50,954 bases of DNA, taken from positions 1 through 50,954 of the forward strand of contig JAFVFH010000054.1 in NCBI GenBank assembly GCA_017475525.1, read 5' to 3'. Positions within the stretch are counted from its first letter, which is position 1. Every line of letters begins with the position of its first letter. Of this stretch, positions 27,969 through 36,967 are shown piece after piece. Both the position numbers and the translations under genes were made by a program. The stretch is from Alphaproteobacteria bacterium. GTDB taxonomy: Bacteria > Pseudomonadota > Alphaproteobacteria > RF32 > CAG-239. The notes under the pieces were generated by a model, which was not told where the DNA came from, did no database searches, and worked only from the letters and a program-made list of their open reading frames with translations.

Positions 27969-29624
27969 ATGAAAGAAGAAACAAAAAATTTATATACGGC
28001 GATTATTTTATCTATACTGATTATTTTCGGTGTGAACCGTTTTTTTGCACCGAAGCAAAGCGCAAATACACAAAATCAGGCTGTTGAAGTTGTGCCTGAA
28101 GTTGAAAAAAACGAAGAAGTGAAGGTCCCTGTTTCTTTGCCTGTCGATAAGGTATTGAAAAAAGATGAAAGATTAGCGATTGAGACACCGTCTGTGAAAG
28201 GCTCCGTCAGGTTGAAGGGCGCTCGTTTTGATTTTTTGGAACTGACAAAATATAAACAAACGATTGAAAAAGATAGTGCTGATGTTGAGCTCTTGGCACC
28301 AAGCGGGACGAAAGACACCTATTTTGCAGAGTTCGGATTTTTATCGGCCAATCCATCTGATGTGCCGACCACAGACAGTATTTGGGAAAGTCAAAGCACA
28401 AAATTGACGCCCTCTACGCCGCTTGTTTTGGTCTGGGATAACGGGAACGGTTTGAAATTTGTGCGCAAGATTGAAATTGATGAGCATTATTTGATGACTA
28501 TTTCTGATGAGGTGCAAAACAATACGGGAAAAGAGGTGACGCTTTATCCGTTCGGCCGAATTTATCGCGTTTATGACACAAAAAATGACGCAAGAAGTGT
28601 TGTGCACGAAGGAATAACCGGTGTGATTGACGGTTCGGCAAAACAAATCAAACTCAATGATATTAAACCGCGTGAGCCGAAAACTTTTGAGGCAAAACAG
28701 GCTTGGCTCGGTTTTTCCGACAGATATTGGTTCACGGCATTTATTTTAGATGGTGAAAATCAAAACAGCATTACTCTTTCAAATAACGGCACGGATACGT
28801 ATCAGGCAGATTTCAGAGGAGAACCGATGCAAATTGCGGCAAATGCTTCCAAAACGCAAAAAGTTCAATTTTTCGCCGGCGCAAAGGAAATTAAGCTTCT
28901 CGATCAATATGCCAAAAACGGGATTAAAAAGTTTGATTTGGCTGTTGATTTCGGTTGGTATTACTTTTTGACAAAGCCGTTTTTCTATATTTTGGACTTT
29001 TTATACCGTTTTATCGGCAATATGGGGTGGGCGATTTTGCTCTTTGCGGCTCTTTTGAGACTCCTTATGTTTCCGATTGCAAATAAATCGTATGAGAGTA
29101 TGTCTAAAATGAAAAAAGTGCAACCGAAAGTGATGGCTTTGCAAGCACTTTACAAAGACAACAAAGCTTTGTTGCAACAAAGGACAATGGAACTTTACAA
29201 AAATGAAAAAATCAATCCGGCAGCAGGATGTTTGCCGATATTTATTCAAATTCCGATTTTCTTTTCGCTTTATAAGGTTTTGAATATTGCCATCGAAATT
29301 CGTCATGCGCCGTTTATCGGTTGGGTAAAAGATTTGTCGGCGCCCGACCCGCTCACAATCTCGGTTTGGTCGCATATTCCGTTGCCCTCAATTTTGGATA
29401 TCGGTGTTTGGCCGATTTTGATGGGGCTTACCATGTGGGTGCAACAAAAGTTAAATCCGGCACCGACAAACAAAGATCAGGCGATGATGTTTGCGATGTT
29501 GCCGTTTATCTTTACTCTTATGCTCGGGCACTTTGCCGTCGGTTTGGTCATTTATTGGACCTTGAGCAATTTGCTCTCTATTTTGCAACAAAAGGCGATT
29601 ATGTATAAAAACGGAGTGAAATAA
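27969..29624 (+). CDS. yidC: membrane protein insertase YidC
   Basis: DFGWYYFLTKP, GCLPIFIQIPIFF and YWTLSN motifs. Confidence 0.97.
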   Translation: MKEETKNLYTAIILSILIIFGVNRFFAPKQSANTQNQAVEVVPEVEKNEEVKVPVSLPVDKVLKKDERLAIETPSVKGSVRLKGARFDFLELTKYKQTIEKDSADVELLAPSGTKDTYFAEFGFLSANPSDVPTTDSIWESQSTKLTPSTPLVLVWDNGNGLKFVRKIEIDEHYLMTISDEVQNNTGKEVTLYPFGRIYRVYDTKNDARSVVHEGITGVIDGSAKQIKLNDIKPREPKTFEAKQAWLGFSDRYWFTAFILDGENQNSITLSNNGTDTYQADFRGEPMQIAANASKTQKVQFFAGAKEIKLLDQYAKNGIKKFDLAVDFGWYYFLTKPFFYILDFLYRFIGNMGWAILLFAALLRLLMFPIANKSYESMSKMKKVQPKVMALQALYKDNKALLQQRTMELYKNEKINPAAGCLPIFIQIPIFFSLYKVLNIAIEIRHAPFIGWVKDLSAPDPLTISVWSHIPLPSILDIGVWPILMGLTMWVQQKLNPAPTNKDQAMMFAMLPFIFTLMLGHFAVGLVIYWTLSNLLSILQQKAIMYKNGVK

Positions 29625-30262
29625 TGGATGCAAATCAGGCTTTAAGATTTGAAAAAGCAAACAAGCTTTTTATGAAGGCGCCTGAGTTTATGCTCTCTGT
29701 GGCGCATTTGGAGCAGTTGCCGGCAGATGACAAGCCTGAAGTGGCGTTTGCAGGGCGGTCGAATGTTGGGAAATCGAGCCTGATTAATGCGCTCTTTTCG
29801 CGCAAAGATGTGGCAAAAACATCTTCAACGCCGGGGCGCACGCAACAACTCAACTATTTTAATTTTTCAAATCAAATGTATTTGGTGGATTTGCCCGGTT
29901 ATGGTTTTGCCAAAGCCCCTGTGCAAGAGGTAAAACGCTGGCAAAATGTTTTGACAACGTATTTGAAAGGCAGAGCTAATTTAAGGCGTGTTTTTTTGCT
30001 TGTTGACAGCCGTGTCGGCATTAAAAAGGTTGATGAAGATATTGCTAAAATTTTAGATGGGGCGGCTGTGCCGTATCAAATTGTTTTAACGAAAATTGAC
30101 AAGGTTTCGGCTCAAGAGCTTCTAAAAGCGAGGGCTGATATTGAGAAGTTTTTGCCAAATCATGCCGCCGCACACAATCTGATTTTGGAAACAAGCGCGG
30201 AGAAAAAAACGGGGCTTGATGAAGTTCGTGCCGAGATTGCTTCTTTTTGCGGGATTGAATAA
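29624..30262 (+). CDS. yihA: ribosome biogenesis GTPase YihA/EngB
   Basis: GRSNVGKSS, DLPGYG and TKID motifs. Confidence 0.96.
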   Translation: MDANQALRFEKANKLFMKAPEFMLSVAHLEQLPADDKPEVAFAGRSNVGKSSLINALFSRKDVAKTSSTPGRTQQLNYFNFSNQMYLVDLPGYGFAKAPVQEVKRWQNVLTTYLKGRANLRRVFLLVDSRVGIKKVDEDIAKILDGAAVPYQIVLTKIDKVSAQELLKARADIEKFLPNHAAAHNLILETSAEKKTGLDEVRAEIASFCGIE

Positions 30263-30358
30263 TCGCTCATTACAGAAAAGCAAGGGAAAGATATAACAAA
30301 AGTTGTTCTTGTTTTATGGCTTTTGATTTTTATGTTTTTATCGAAAAGGAGAAAAAAC

Positions 30359-30643
30359 ATGCAACAAAAAGTTGAAAAAACAGAACAAAATATTGAACGC
30401 TGTCTTTGCCTTAATTGTCCGTCATACAGCTCATCGTGCAAAATTAAAAATGCTCACCAGACAACGAATCAACCTTCGGCTGATTTGCTTTGGCGCACAC
30501 ATTATGAAAAGATGTTTTGCGCATTTGAAAAAAGCAACTGCATACATGCCGATAAAGGGTGTATTTGCGATAAATGTGCGAATTTCAGAGATTATAATCT
30601 CAAAAATTGCACATATTGTATCCATACGGGCGGCACAAATTGA
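30359..30643 (+). CDS. Cys-rich DUF2769-like protein
   Basis: CLCLNCPSY...FCA..KS.C...KGCIC..C...YC pattern; AAGGAG RBS. Confidence 0.7.
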   Translation: MQQKVEKTEQNIERCLCLNCPSYSSSCKIKNAHQTTNQPSADLLWRTHYEKMFCAFEKSNCIHADKGCICDKCANFRDYNLKNCTYCIHTGGTN

Positions 30644-31308
30644 AAACAGCGCGGTATGAGCGTTCTTACACAAAAGAAGCTGACTTGTTGAAAGCTTATC
30701 GCAAAGCACAAAACAGAGCCGAATATCTTTCAGATGTTGATGATAAGCTTTTGTCTTATGGCAATGTGATTGCTTTTTGCGCCGCTTCAAAAAAATGTTT
30801 GCAAAAAGAAAGCACAAAGCGCAATCAAATTTTGTTTTGGACATACCATCATATCGGCGATTTGTTCTTAAAAAAGAACCTTGAAAGGTTTGAACCCTCA
30901 AACAACGCTTTTGCTTTAGAGGCTTATCAAAATGCGCTTGAGCTTTCAAAAACAACAGGCGAACAAACGGATACCTTAAAAAAAATGCGTGATGTTTATC
31001 TGTTGTTAGAAGATGAAAACGGCTATTTTCAAACTTCGGCAGAAATGGCAAGGCTTGTTGATGATGCCTTAAAAGCACAAGCTTTTTTGGAGTTGGCACA
31101 AAATGCAACATCTGCTAAACAGGAGGCTTATTTTTTGGAACAAGCCTTAAAATTTGTGAACAAAGAAGATATTTCTTTTTTGCAAAAATGTCGGCAGACG
31201 GTTGTTTTGTGCGAACGGCTCTATGAGATTTATCAAAAAATAGGAGATTTCAATAAAGCTTTGGAATTTAAAAACATTGAACAACAGACCGAAAGGCTTA
31301 TAAACTAA
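30640..31308 (+). CDS. helical/TPR-like hypothetical protein
   Basis: Long ORF with TPR-like patterns; TTG start inferred from overlap with the upstream stop. Confidence 0.65.
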   Translation: MKTARYERSYTKEADLLKAYRKAQNRAEYLSDVDDKLLSYGNVIAFCAASKKCLQKESTKRNQILFWTYHHIGDLFLKKNLERFEPSNNAFALEAYQNALELSKTTGEQTDTLKKMRDVYLLLEDENGYFQTSAEMARLVDDALKAQAFLELAQNATSAKQEAYFLEQALKFVNKEDISFLQKCRQTVVLCERLYEIYQKIGDFNKALEFKNIEQQTERLIN

Positions 31309-31335
31309 AAAGGTCGATTAAAAAATCGACCTTTT
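31308..31335. terminator. bidirectional terminator
   Basis: aaaaggtcgatt-aaaa-aatcgacctttt between convergent genes. Confidence 0.75.
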
Positions 31336-31349
31336 GGTTTGAGATGTTT

Positions 31350-31661
31350 CTAGGCATTGTCCCTGTCATAGATCTCTTTGTCGATAAGGTGCGGGAGCTG
31401 AAAATACAATCCGTTCCAGACGACATCGACTTCGTCGCCGACCTTGAGACCTTCTTTGTCAAAGCCGTAGATGCCTTGATAGAGTTTGCCATCCTTCTCG
31501 AAGGAACACAGGAAGCAACCCTCTTCATCCTCAAAGTGATAGAGGAGCTTGGCTTTACCGACAAATGTGCTCGGGGTGCTTGTTTTACTGCGGCCAAAAA
31601 TCATGATGACCAGAGCAATCACGAAGATTGCTACAAAAATAATTGTGATAATTTTTTCCAT
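31350..31661 (-). CDS. small membrane-anchored hypothetical protein
   Basis: N-terminal TM helix plus a short beta-rich domain. Confidence 0.65.
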   Translation of the reverse strand: MEKIITIIFVAIFVIALVIMIFGRSKTSTPSTFVGKAKLLYHFEDEEGCFLCSFEKDGKLYQGIYGFDKEGLKVGDEVDVVWNGLYFQLPHLIDKEIYDRDNA

Positions 31662-31889
31662 ACGTATTGGGGTTAAAATTATATAAAACTATGGTCAGTT
31701 TACATTTTTTTTGTCAAAAGTCAAACAAAAAATGATTTCTTTTTGCTTTATTTGTGTTTTTTTAATTTGCAGAGGAGTGGCTGTTTTGTTTGTGCGCCAA
31801 GAGCGCTGAGGGGGAGTTTTTATTTTTATATCAAAAGATATATCATTTTTTGCTTGCCATTTTGATGAAAATAGACTATCTTTAGTATT

Positions 31890-32073
31890 GGATGGTTGAA
31901 ATAGCCGTCTATGGACCAGAAATCCATTACAAGAGGTCGTGTGCAAGACCTAAAAATGCATATTCCAGTTTTTGGACTGGAAGGTGGCTGAATAAGGAAC
32001 TTCCATTCCAAATAGGTTACGCTATCATCTTGTAATAGTTTCTGCTTCCAGTCGCTTTTATAGCGATTTTTTT
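31890..32073 (+). ncRNA. putative structured leader/attenuator (copy C)
   Basis: Follows TTGCCA-17-TATCTT (31854-31882). GAAAT-loop hairpin; cagaaa..ttacaaga / tcttgtaa-tag-tttctg; ggtc-gtgtgcaa-gacc; tgaataagg; cttcc, terminator and T-run. Confidence 0.65.
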
Positions 32074-32104
32074 GTTGAAACAAATTTTGGAAAGGAAACT
32101 TAAT

Positions 32105-32743
32105 ATGAAAAACAATCAAAATGGTCGTTCAATGGTCGAAATGCTCGGCGTTTTGGCTATTATCGGTGTGTTGTCAGCAGGTGGTTTGGCAGGCTATTCA
32201 AAGGCTATGTTCAAACACAAATTAAACAACACAATGGATCAACTCACAATGCTTGTGACTAACATCCGCACGATGTATGGCACGCAAGACAGCTACAAAG
32301 ACTTGAGCAACGTTCAAGCCGTTAGTTTGGGCATCGTCCCTGCCGCTATGAAGGGGACTGCTAAAGCAGCAGTTGCACCTCAGGGCAAAGAAGGTGAGGA
32401 TGGCTATGTAGCCGGTAGTGCTGCCAGCCAAGAACTGGTAAACCCGTTCAAAGGCACTGTGACAATTGAGCCTTCCGGCGCAACAGCAAAAGGTGATAAC
32501 AGGGCATTTACAGTGACGTATGCCGGTCTTCCGACAGAGGCTTGTATTGCTCTTGTGACAGCCGATTGGGGCGCAGGTGCTGGTTCGGGCTTTATCGCCG
32601 TTGCCGCAGGCAGTGAAAAAATTGAAGATGCTCTTGTCGGAAGCGGTCTCGGTGGTCGTGCTGAAGGTGCGGCTTATTCCGTTGGCAATGCTATCAATGT
32701 TTGTGGCTCGACAACGAACACAGTTGCATTGAAGTTCTATTAA
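32105..32743 (+). CDS. type IV pilin (PilS/type IVb-like globular domain)
   Basis: Prepilin-like N-terminus GRSMVEMLGVLAIIGVLSAGG; NPFKG, GLPTEAC and C-terminal C..NT motifs. Confidence 0.85.
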   Translation: MKNNQNGRSMVEMLGVLAIIGVLSAGGLAGYSKAMFKHKLNNTMDQLTMLVTNIRTMYGTQDSYKDLSNVQAVSLGIVPAAMKGTAKAAVAPQGKEGEDGYVAGSAASQELVNPFKGTVTIEPSGATAKGDNRAFTVTYAGLPTEACIALVTADWGAGAGSGFIAVAAGSEKIEDALVGSGLGGRAEGAAYSVGNAINVCGSTTNTVALKFY

Positions 32744-32785
32744 TTTCCATTTTCAAAAATTTTTTTCAAGTTTGTAAACCAACCA

Positions 32786-32817
32786 GCCGCACATTCTCGG
32801 ATGTGCGGTTTTTTTTT
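32786..32817 (+). terminator. intrinsic terminator
   Basis: gccgcacat-tctcgg-atgtgcggt followed by a T-run. Confidence 0.8.
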
Positions 32818-32895
32818 GAAAAACGAAGAGGCTTGTGTGCACTTAAAAAAGGGAGGGTGGATTGAAAAAGGCGAGAGGGACTTTTGGGGGAAAAG

Positions 32896-34236
32896 TTATT
32901 TGCCGATGCAGAAGGAGCCGAAAATTTTATCAAGGACTTCATCAATTTCAATCTGCCCCGTGATTTTGCCGAGTGCGCGAGCAGCAAGGCGTATGTCTTC
33001 GGCAGAAAGCTCAATTTCTTTATCAAAGTTGAAATTTGAGAGGTTTTCAAGGCAATCATTTAAGCATTGACGGTAGCGTTCACGGGTAATCAATGCTCCG
33101 GAATTTGAACCGATGTTGTTTTGAATACGGATTTTGAGCAAATCAAACAATTCCGGCACACCCTCTTTTGTTTTGGCAGACAAGATAAAACAACCTTGAT
33201 TTTTCAAATCCACCATTTGTGCGGGGGTTAATTTGTCGGCTTTATTTGCAACAAGCAAGATATTATTTTTATGTCGTTTTATCAAATCACTGAAAATGTC
33301 GGGCGAATCGACCGACGCGTCAAAAAGCGCAAAGATAAAATCGGCATCTTCAATTTTTTCGCGAGCAATTTCAATGCCCTGTTGTTCTATAGTATCAGTG
33401 CTTTCACGCAAGCCAGCCGTGTCGGTCAAAATGACGGGATAACCTGAAATGTCAAGATGGACATCTATGGCATCTCGCGTGGTGCCGGGGATGTCGGAAA
33501 CAATGACGGCGTTTCTTTCAAGAACGGTGTTAATCAAACTCGATTTGCCGGCATTGGTCGGACCGGTCAAAACAACGCGAAAACCTTCACGCAAGCGCTC
33601 TCCGACAGATGATTTTAAGTGGCTTTTTATGTCTTCTTTTAGTTTAAATACGGTGTTCAGATTCTTTTCAATGACGGAATCGGGGATATTTTCTTCCGGA
33701 AAATCAATGTATGCTTCTAAATATGCGTAAACTTCCAAAAGCTGTTCGCGCCAAGAGGAGTATAAGTTTTTTAAGGTGCCTGACATTTGGCGCAGAGCTT
33801 GTTTTTGTTGTTCAAACGTTTCGGCGTCAATTAAATCGGCTAAGCCTTCAGCCTCGGTCAAATCCATTTTTTGATTGTAAAAAGCACGCTTTGAAAATTC
33901 GCCCGGTTCGGCAAGGCGAAAATCTTCAATTTCAGAAAGGTTCTTCAAAAGCGATGATAAAACGGCTTTTGAGCCGTGGCACTGGATTTCAACAATGTCT
34001 TCACCCGTAAAAGAGTGCGGCGCACTAAAATACAAAACAAGTGCATGATCCAAGGGGTCTTTTGTTTGTTTGGTATAAAGTGTGGTCAGATAAGCATGGC
34101 GCGGTTTGATTGTTCGGATATCAATGTTTGTGAGCGCCTTGATGGCGTTCAGGGCGTTTTGTCCCGAAATGCGGATAACGGCAACGCCTGATTTGCCGTA
34201 TACTGTTGAAAGCGCATAAATGGTTTGTTTTTTCAT
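32896..34236 (-). CDS. mnmE: tRNA modification GTPase MnmE
   Basis: SFTGED, GPTNAGKSS, GTTRD and FCIGK motifs. Confidence 0.98.
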   Translation of the reverse strand: MKKQTIYALSTVYGKSGVAVIRISGQNALNAIKALTNIDIRTIKPRHAYLTTLYTKQTKDPLDHALVLYFSAPHSFTGEDIVEIQCHGSKAVLSSLLKNLSEIEDFRLAEPGEFSKRAFYNQKMDLTEAEGLADLIDAETFEQQKQALRQMSGTLKNLYSSWREQLLEVYAYLEAYIDFPEENIPDSVIEKNLNTVFKLKEDIKSHLKSSVGERLREGFRVVLTGPTNAGKSSLINTVLERNAVIVSDIPGTTRDAIDVHLDISGYPVILTDTAGLRESTDTIEQQGIEIAREKIEDADFIFALFDASVDSPDIFSDLIKRHKNNILLVANKADKLTPAQMVDLKNQGCFILSAKTKEGVPELFDLLKIRIQNNIGSNSGALITRERYRQCLNDCLENLSNFNFDKEIELSAEDIRLAARALGKITGQIEIDEVLDKIFGSFCIGK

Positions 34237-34279
34237 GCTTGCTCCTTATCAATATTTTGCGTGAATTTGAAGGGCTGAG

Positions 34280-34783
34280 CTATTTAATCACTTCGTCTTC
34301 ATAGACGCCGAAAACATTTTTCTTTGATACCCAACCTTCGACACCTTCAAATTTTATGAGGCAAAATTCGCTCTTGTTCGGGCATTTTTTGATTTCGCCG
34401 ATGACGCCGTCTTCAACCTTGGCAATCACTTTTGAATCATATTTCGGAGAATGGTAAATATTGTTTTCGCCGGGGGTGATGATTTTGATGAAACGGCGGC
34501 CGGATAAACGCGTTTTATGAATCCATGAAACATCGCCTTCCCAATCACGCACCTGACGCCATAGCTCAAATTCGTTGATAATTTCAAGCGGAGCGCCTTT
34601 TTGTTTATATATCCATTCAATCGGATATTTTGTGCCGGGGCCGGAGCGCGCATTGATGTTATCCGCGCGGATGGATACCATGCGTGGCAAAGCGAGCCCG
34701 CTTTCGCTTGAATCGGTTGTTTCGGCATGAGTCGGTTGAAGGCTCAATAATAAAATGGCTATAAAGCTTAAAAATGCTTTCAT
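34280..34783 (-). CDS. secreted tandem bacterial SH3 domain protein
   Basis: Signal peptide; LPRMVS, NARSGPGTKYPIEW and GWV motifs. Confidence 0.85.
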   Translation of the reverse strand: MKAFLSFIAILLLSLQPTHAETTDSSESGLALPRMVSIRADNINARSGPGTKYPIEWIYKQKGAPLEIINEFELWRQVRDWEGDVSWIHKTRLSGRRFIKIITPGENNIYHSPKYDSKVIAKVEDGVIGEIKKCPNKSEFCLIKFEGVEGWVSKKNVFGVYEDEVIK

Positions 34784-34849
34784 TTTTCTTCCTTTTGAGT
34801 TATTTTGGCACTATATTAAAGCAAAATATTTAAAAAAAAGGTAAAAGAG

Positions 34850-35959
34850 ATGCAACTTCTTGAGGTGATAAAAGATTTAATTTCGTTTAAGACCATAACG
34901 GGAAATGCAGAGCAAATTGATGCGTGCTTGAGCTATATCGAGCGGTTGCTTAAACCGACGGGTGCTGTTGTTGAGATATGTCGCCATGAAAATGCTTCGC
35001 CTGTTATTTTTGCAAAAAATACACAAACAGAGCATTTTGATGTTTTGGTTTTGGGACATTTGGATGTGGTGCCCGCCGATGATAAGATGTTTGAACCGTA
35101 TCTTAAAGACGGAAAACTTTACGGGCGCGGAACGCTTGATATGAAATCGTTTGCGGCGGTGGCTGTCAATTCAATGAGTCAAGTGATGAAAGAAAACTTG
35201 CCCTTAAAATTCGGGTTTGTTTTATCAACTGATGAAGAAGAAGGGAGCAAAAGTTTGGAAGAATTTTTGAAAAATCATCCGAACTTGAAGGCGGATATTG
35301 TTTTAGACAACGATGTGGGCGGTGATATATATAAAATTGTGACGCGCTGTAAAAATCCGGTTTATGTTAAGCTCAAGGCTAAAGGTTCGGCGGCGCACGG
35401 TTCAACGCCATGGGAGGCACTGGACGCCAATGAACAGCTTTTTAAAACGTGGCAAAATATCAGAAAAATGTATCCGGCTTTTGATTTGAAAACGGGAAAG
35501 CCGAAAGATGTATGGATTGATACGCTCCATTTTGCAACGATTGAAGGCGGTAAGGTTTCAAACATTATTTCAGATGAGGCAACGGCTTTGCTTGATTTCA
35601 GATTAACGGAAAAATCAAGTGTTCAAGATTTGAAGCAAAAACTCTCAGGTTTGATGGAAGAGGGGGTTTCGTTTGAGGTGACATATCAAAGCATTCCGGT
35701 TGTGGTTGATGAACAAAATCCGGTTTTGCTTGCCTATAAAAAATTGGCGGAAGATGTTTTGGAAAAAACAATCGAATTTGAATATATGGGTGGGGCAACC
35801 GACGCGCGTTCGCTTTATGAGCGTGGGGCAACGGTGATTATGCACTCGGGCACCGGCAAGGGAATGCACGCCAAAGGTGAATATGTGGAGCTCAAAAGTG
35901 TGGAGCAAATCGCCGATATTCAGATGAAGTTTTTGCTCAAATTGGCAGAAAAAAAATGA
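34850..35959 (+). CDS. M20 family metallopeptidase (ArgE/DapE-like)
   Basis: GHLDVV, GRGTLDMK, DEE, GATDAR and H..GE motifs. Confidence 0.9.
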   Translation: MQLLEVIKDLISFKTITGNAEQIDACLSYIERLLKPTGAVVEICRHENASPVIFAKNTQTEHFDVLVLGHLDVVPADDKMFEPYLKDGKLYGRGTLDMKSFAAVAVNSMSQVMKENLPLKFGFVLSTDEEEGSKSLEEFLKNHPNLKADIVLDNDVGGDIYKIVTRCKNPVYVKLKAKGSAAHGSTPWEALDANEQLFKTWQNIRKMYPAFDLKTGKPKDVWIDTLHFATIEGGKVSNIISDEATALLDFRLTEKSSVQDLKQKLSGLMEEGVSFEVTYQSIPVVVDEQNPVLLAYKKLAEDVLEKTIEFEYMGGATDARSLYERGATVIMHSGTGKGMHAKGEYVELKSVEQIADIQMKFLLKLAEKK

Positions 35960-36396
35960 AAATACATATTTTAGCAATCGGCAAATGCAAGCACGGCTCG
36001 CCGGAGGAAATGCTTATCAAAGAATATCAAAAAAGGATGAGCTGGGATTTGGTCATCAAAGAAAAAGACAATGATGTCCAAGAAAAAGAAGCTGAGTTTT
36101 TGCTTAAAAATATTCCGGTCGGGGCAAAGGTTGTGGTTTTGGATGAACGCGGCGAAAATATGAAAAGCCTCGATTTTGCAAAGAAAATAGGCGATTGGCA
36201 GATGAGCGGCATCTCGGATATTTGTTTTTTAATCGGCGGGGCGGACGGGCATTTGGACAAAGTGCGTGAAAGAGCGGATTTGTTGCTCGCTTTTGGCAAA
36301 CTCACAATGCCGCACATGTTAATACGCGCGGTTTTGACAGAGCAAATTTACCGCGCGCAAACAATCTTAAATAACCACCCGTATCACAGGCAATAA
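35956..36396 (+). CDS. rlmH: 23S rRNA (pseudouridine1915-N3)-methyltransferase
   Basis: IGGADG, TMPH, EQIYRA and HPYH motifs. Confidence 0.97.
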   Translation: MKIHILAIGKCKHGSPEEMLIKEYQKRMSWDLVIKEKDNDVQEKEAEFLLKNIPVGAKVVVLDERGENMKSLDFAKKIGDWQMSGISDICFLIGGADGHLDKVRERADLLLAFGKLTMPHMLIRAVLTEQIYRAQTILNNHPYHRQ

Positions 36397-36409
36397 GATT
36401 TTTATTTTT

Positions 36410-36883
36410 CTATTCACATTTCCAATATTGGCCCGTGTCATCGTTGCAGAATTTCAACGTTGTGCCACCGCTACAACCGGGCATTGTATAGCTTGTACAC
36501 GGTCCGTTCGGAACACAGGTAGCAATAGGGAGTTTGCTGGTAAATCCTTCGGCTTTGCAATGCTCATCAGTTGTTTGTTCGCCGCAATAGTAATAGCCAT
36601 AGCAATTATCTGTGCTATGCGGGCGTGCGCCGCACTCGGTGAGCGTGTATTTATAGCCGGCAGGGCAACACACTTTATAGTAGTTGCCATCATCAGGGCA
36701 CGGATTAACCAAAGCGCCGGCGCAGGTTGTGTATGTATAACCGGCTTGAATGCAACTTTTGTTTGATGTGTTCGGTTTAACACCGACACTTTCGGGGGCC
36801 TCTGCAAGGAAGGTGACGCCGGCCTCAGCCTTCAAAACAAAAGCAATGCTTAAGCAAAAAGCGGTCAATATCAATTTCTTCAT
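36410..36883 (-). CDS. secreted Cys-rich protein
   Basis: Signal peptide from MKKLIL after an AAGGAG RBS; many Cys residues. Confidence 0.75.
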   Translation of the reverse strand: MKKLILTAFCLSIAFVLKAEAGVTFLAEAPESVGVKPNTSNKSCIQAGYTYTTCAGALVNPCPDDGNYYKVCCPAGYKYTLTECGARPHSTDNCYGYYYCGEQTTDEHCKAEGFTSKLPIATCVPNGPCTSYTMPGCSGGTTLKFCNDDTGQYWKCE

Positions 36884-36967
36884 GGCTTTTCTCCTTTTGC
36901 AATAATCCATATTGAGTTTATTATACTTCTGTTTTTTAAGAAAATCAAATAAAAAGAAATGAATTTT

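Noticed and set aside
30431-31111. 226 aa minus-strand ORF and other long shadow ORFs (e.g. 49908-50552, 15327-15857, 31344-31676)
   Set aside because: They are antisense to better-supported genes and have no recognisable motifs.
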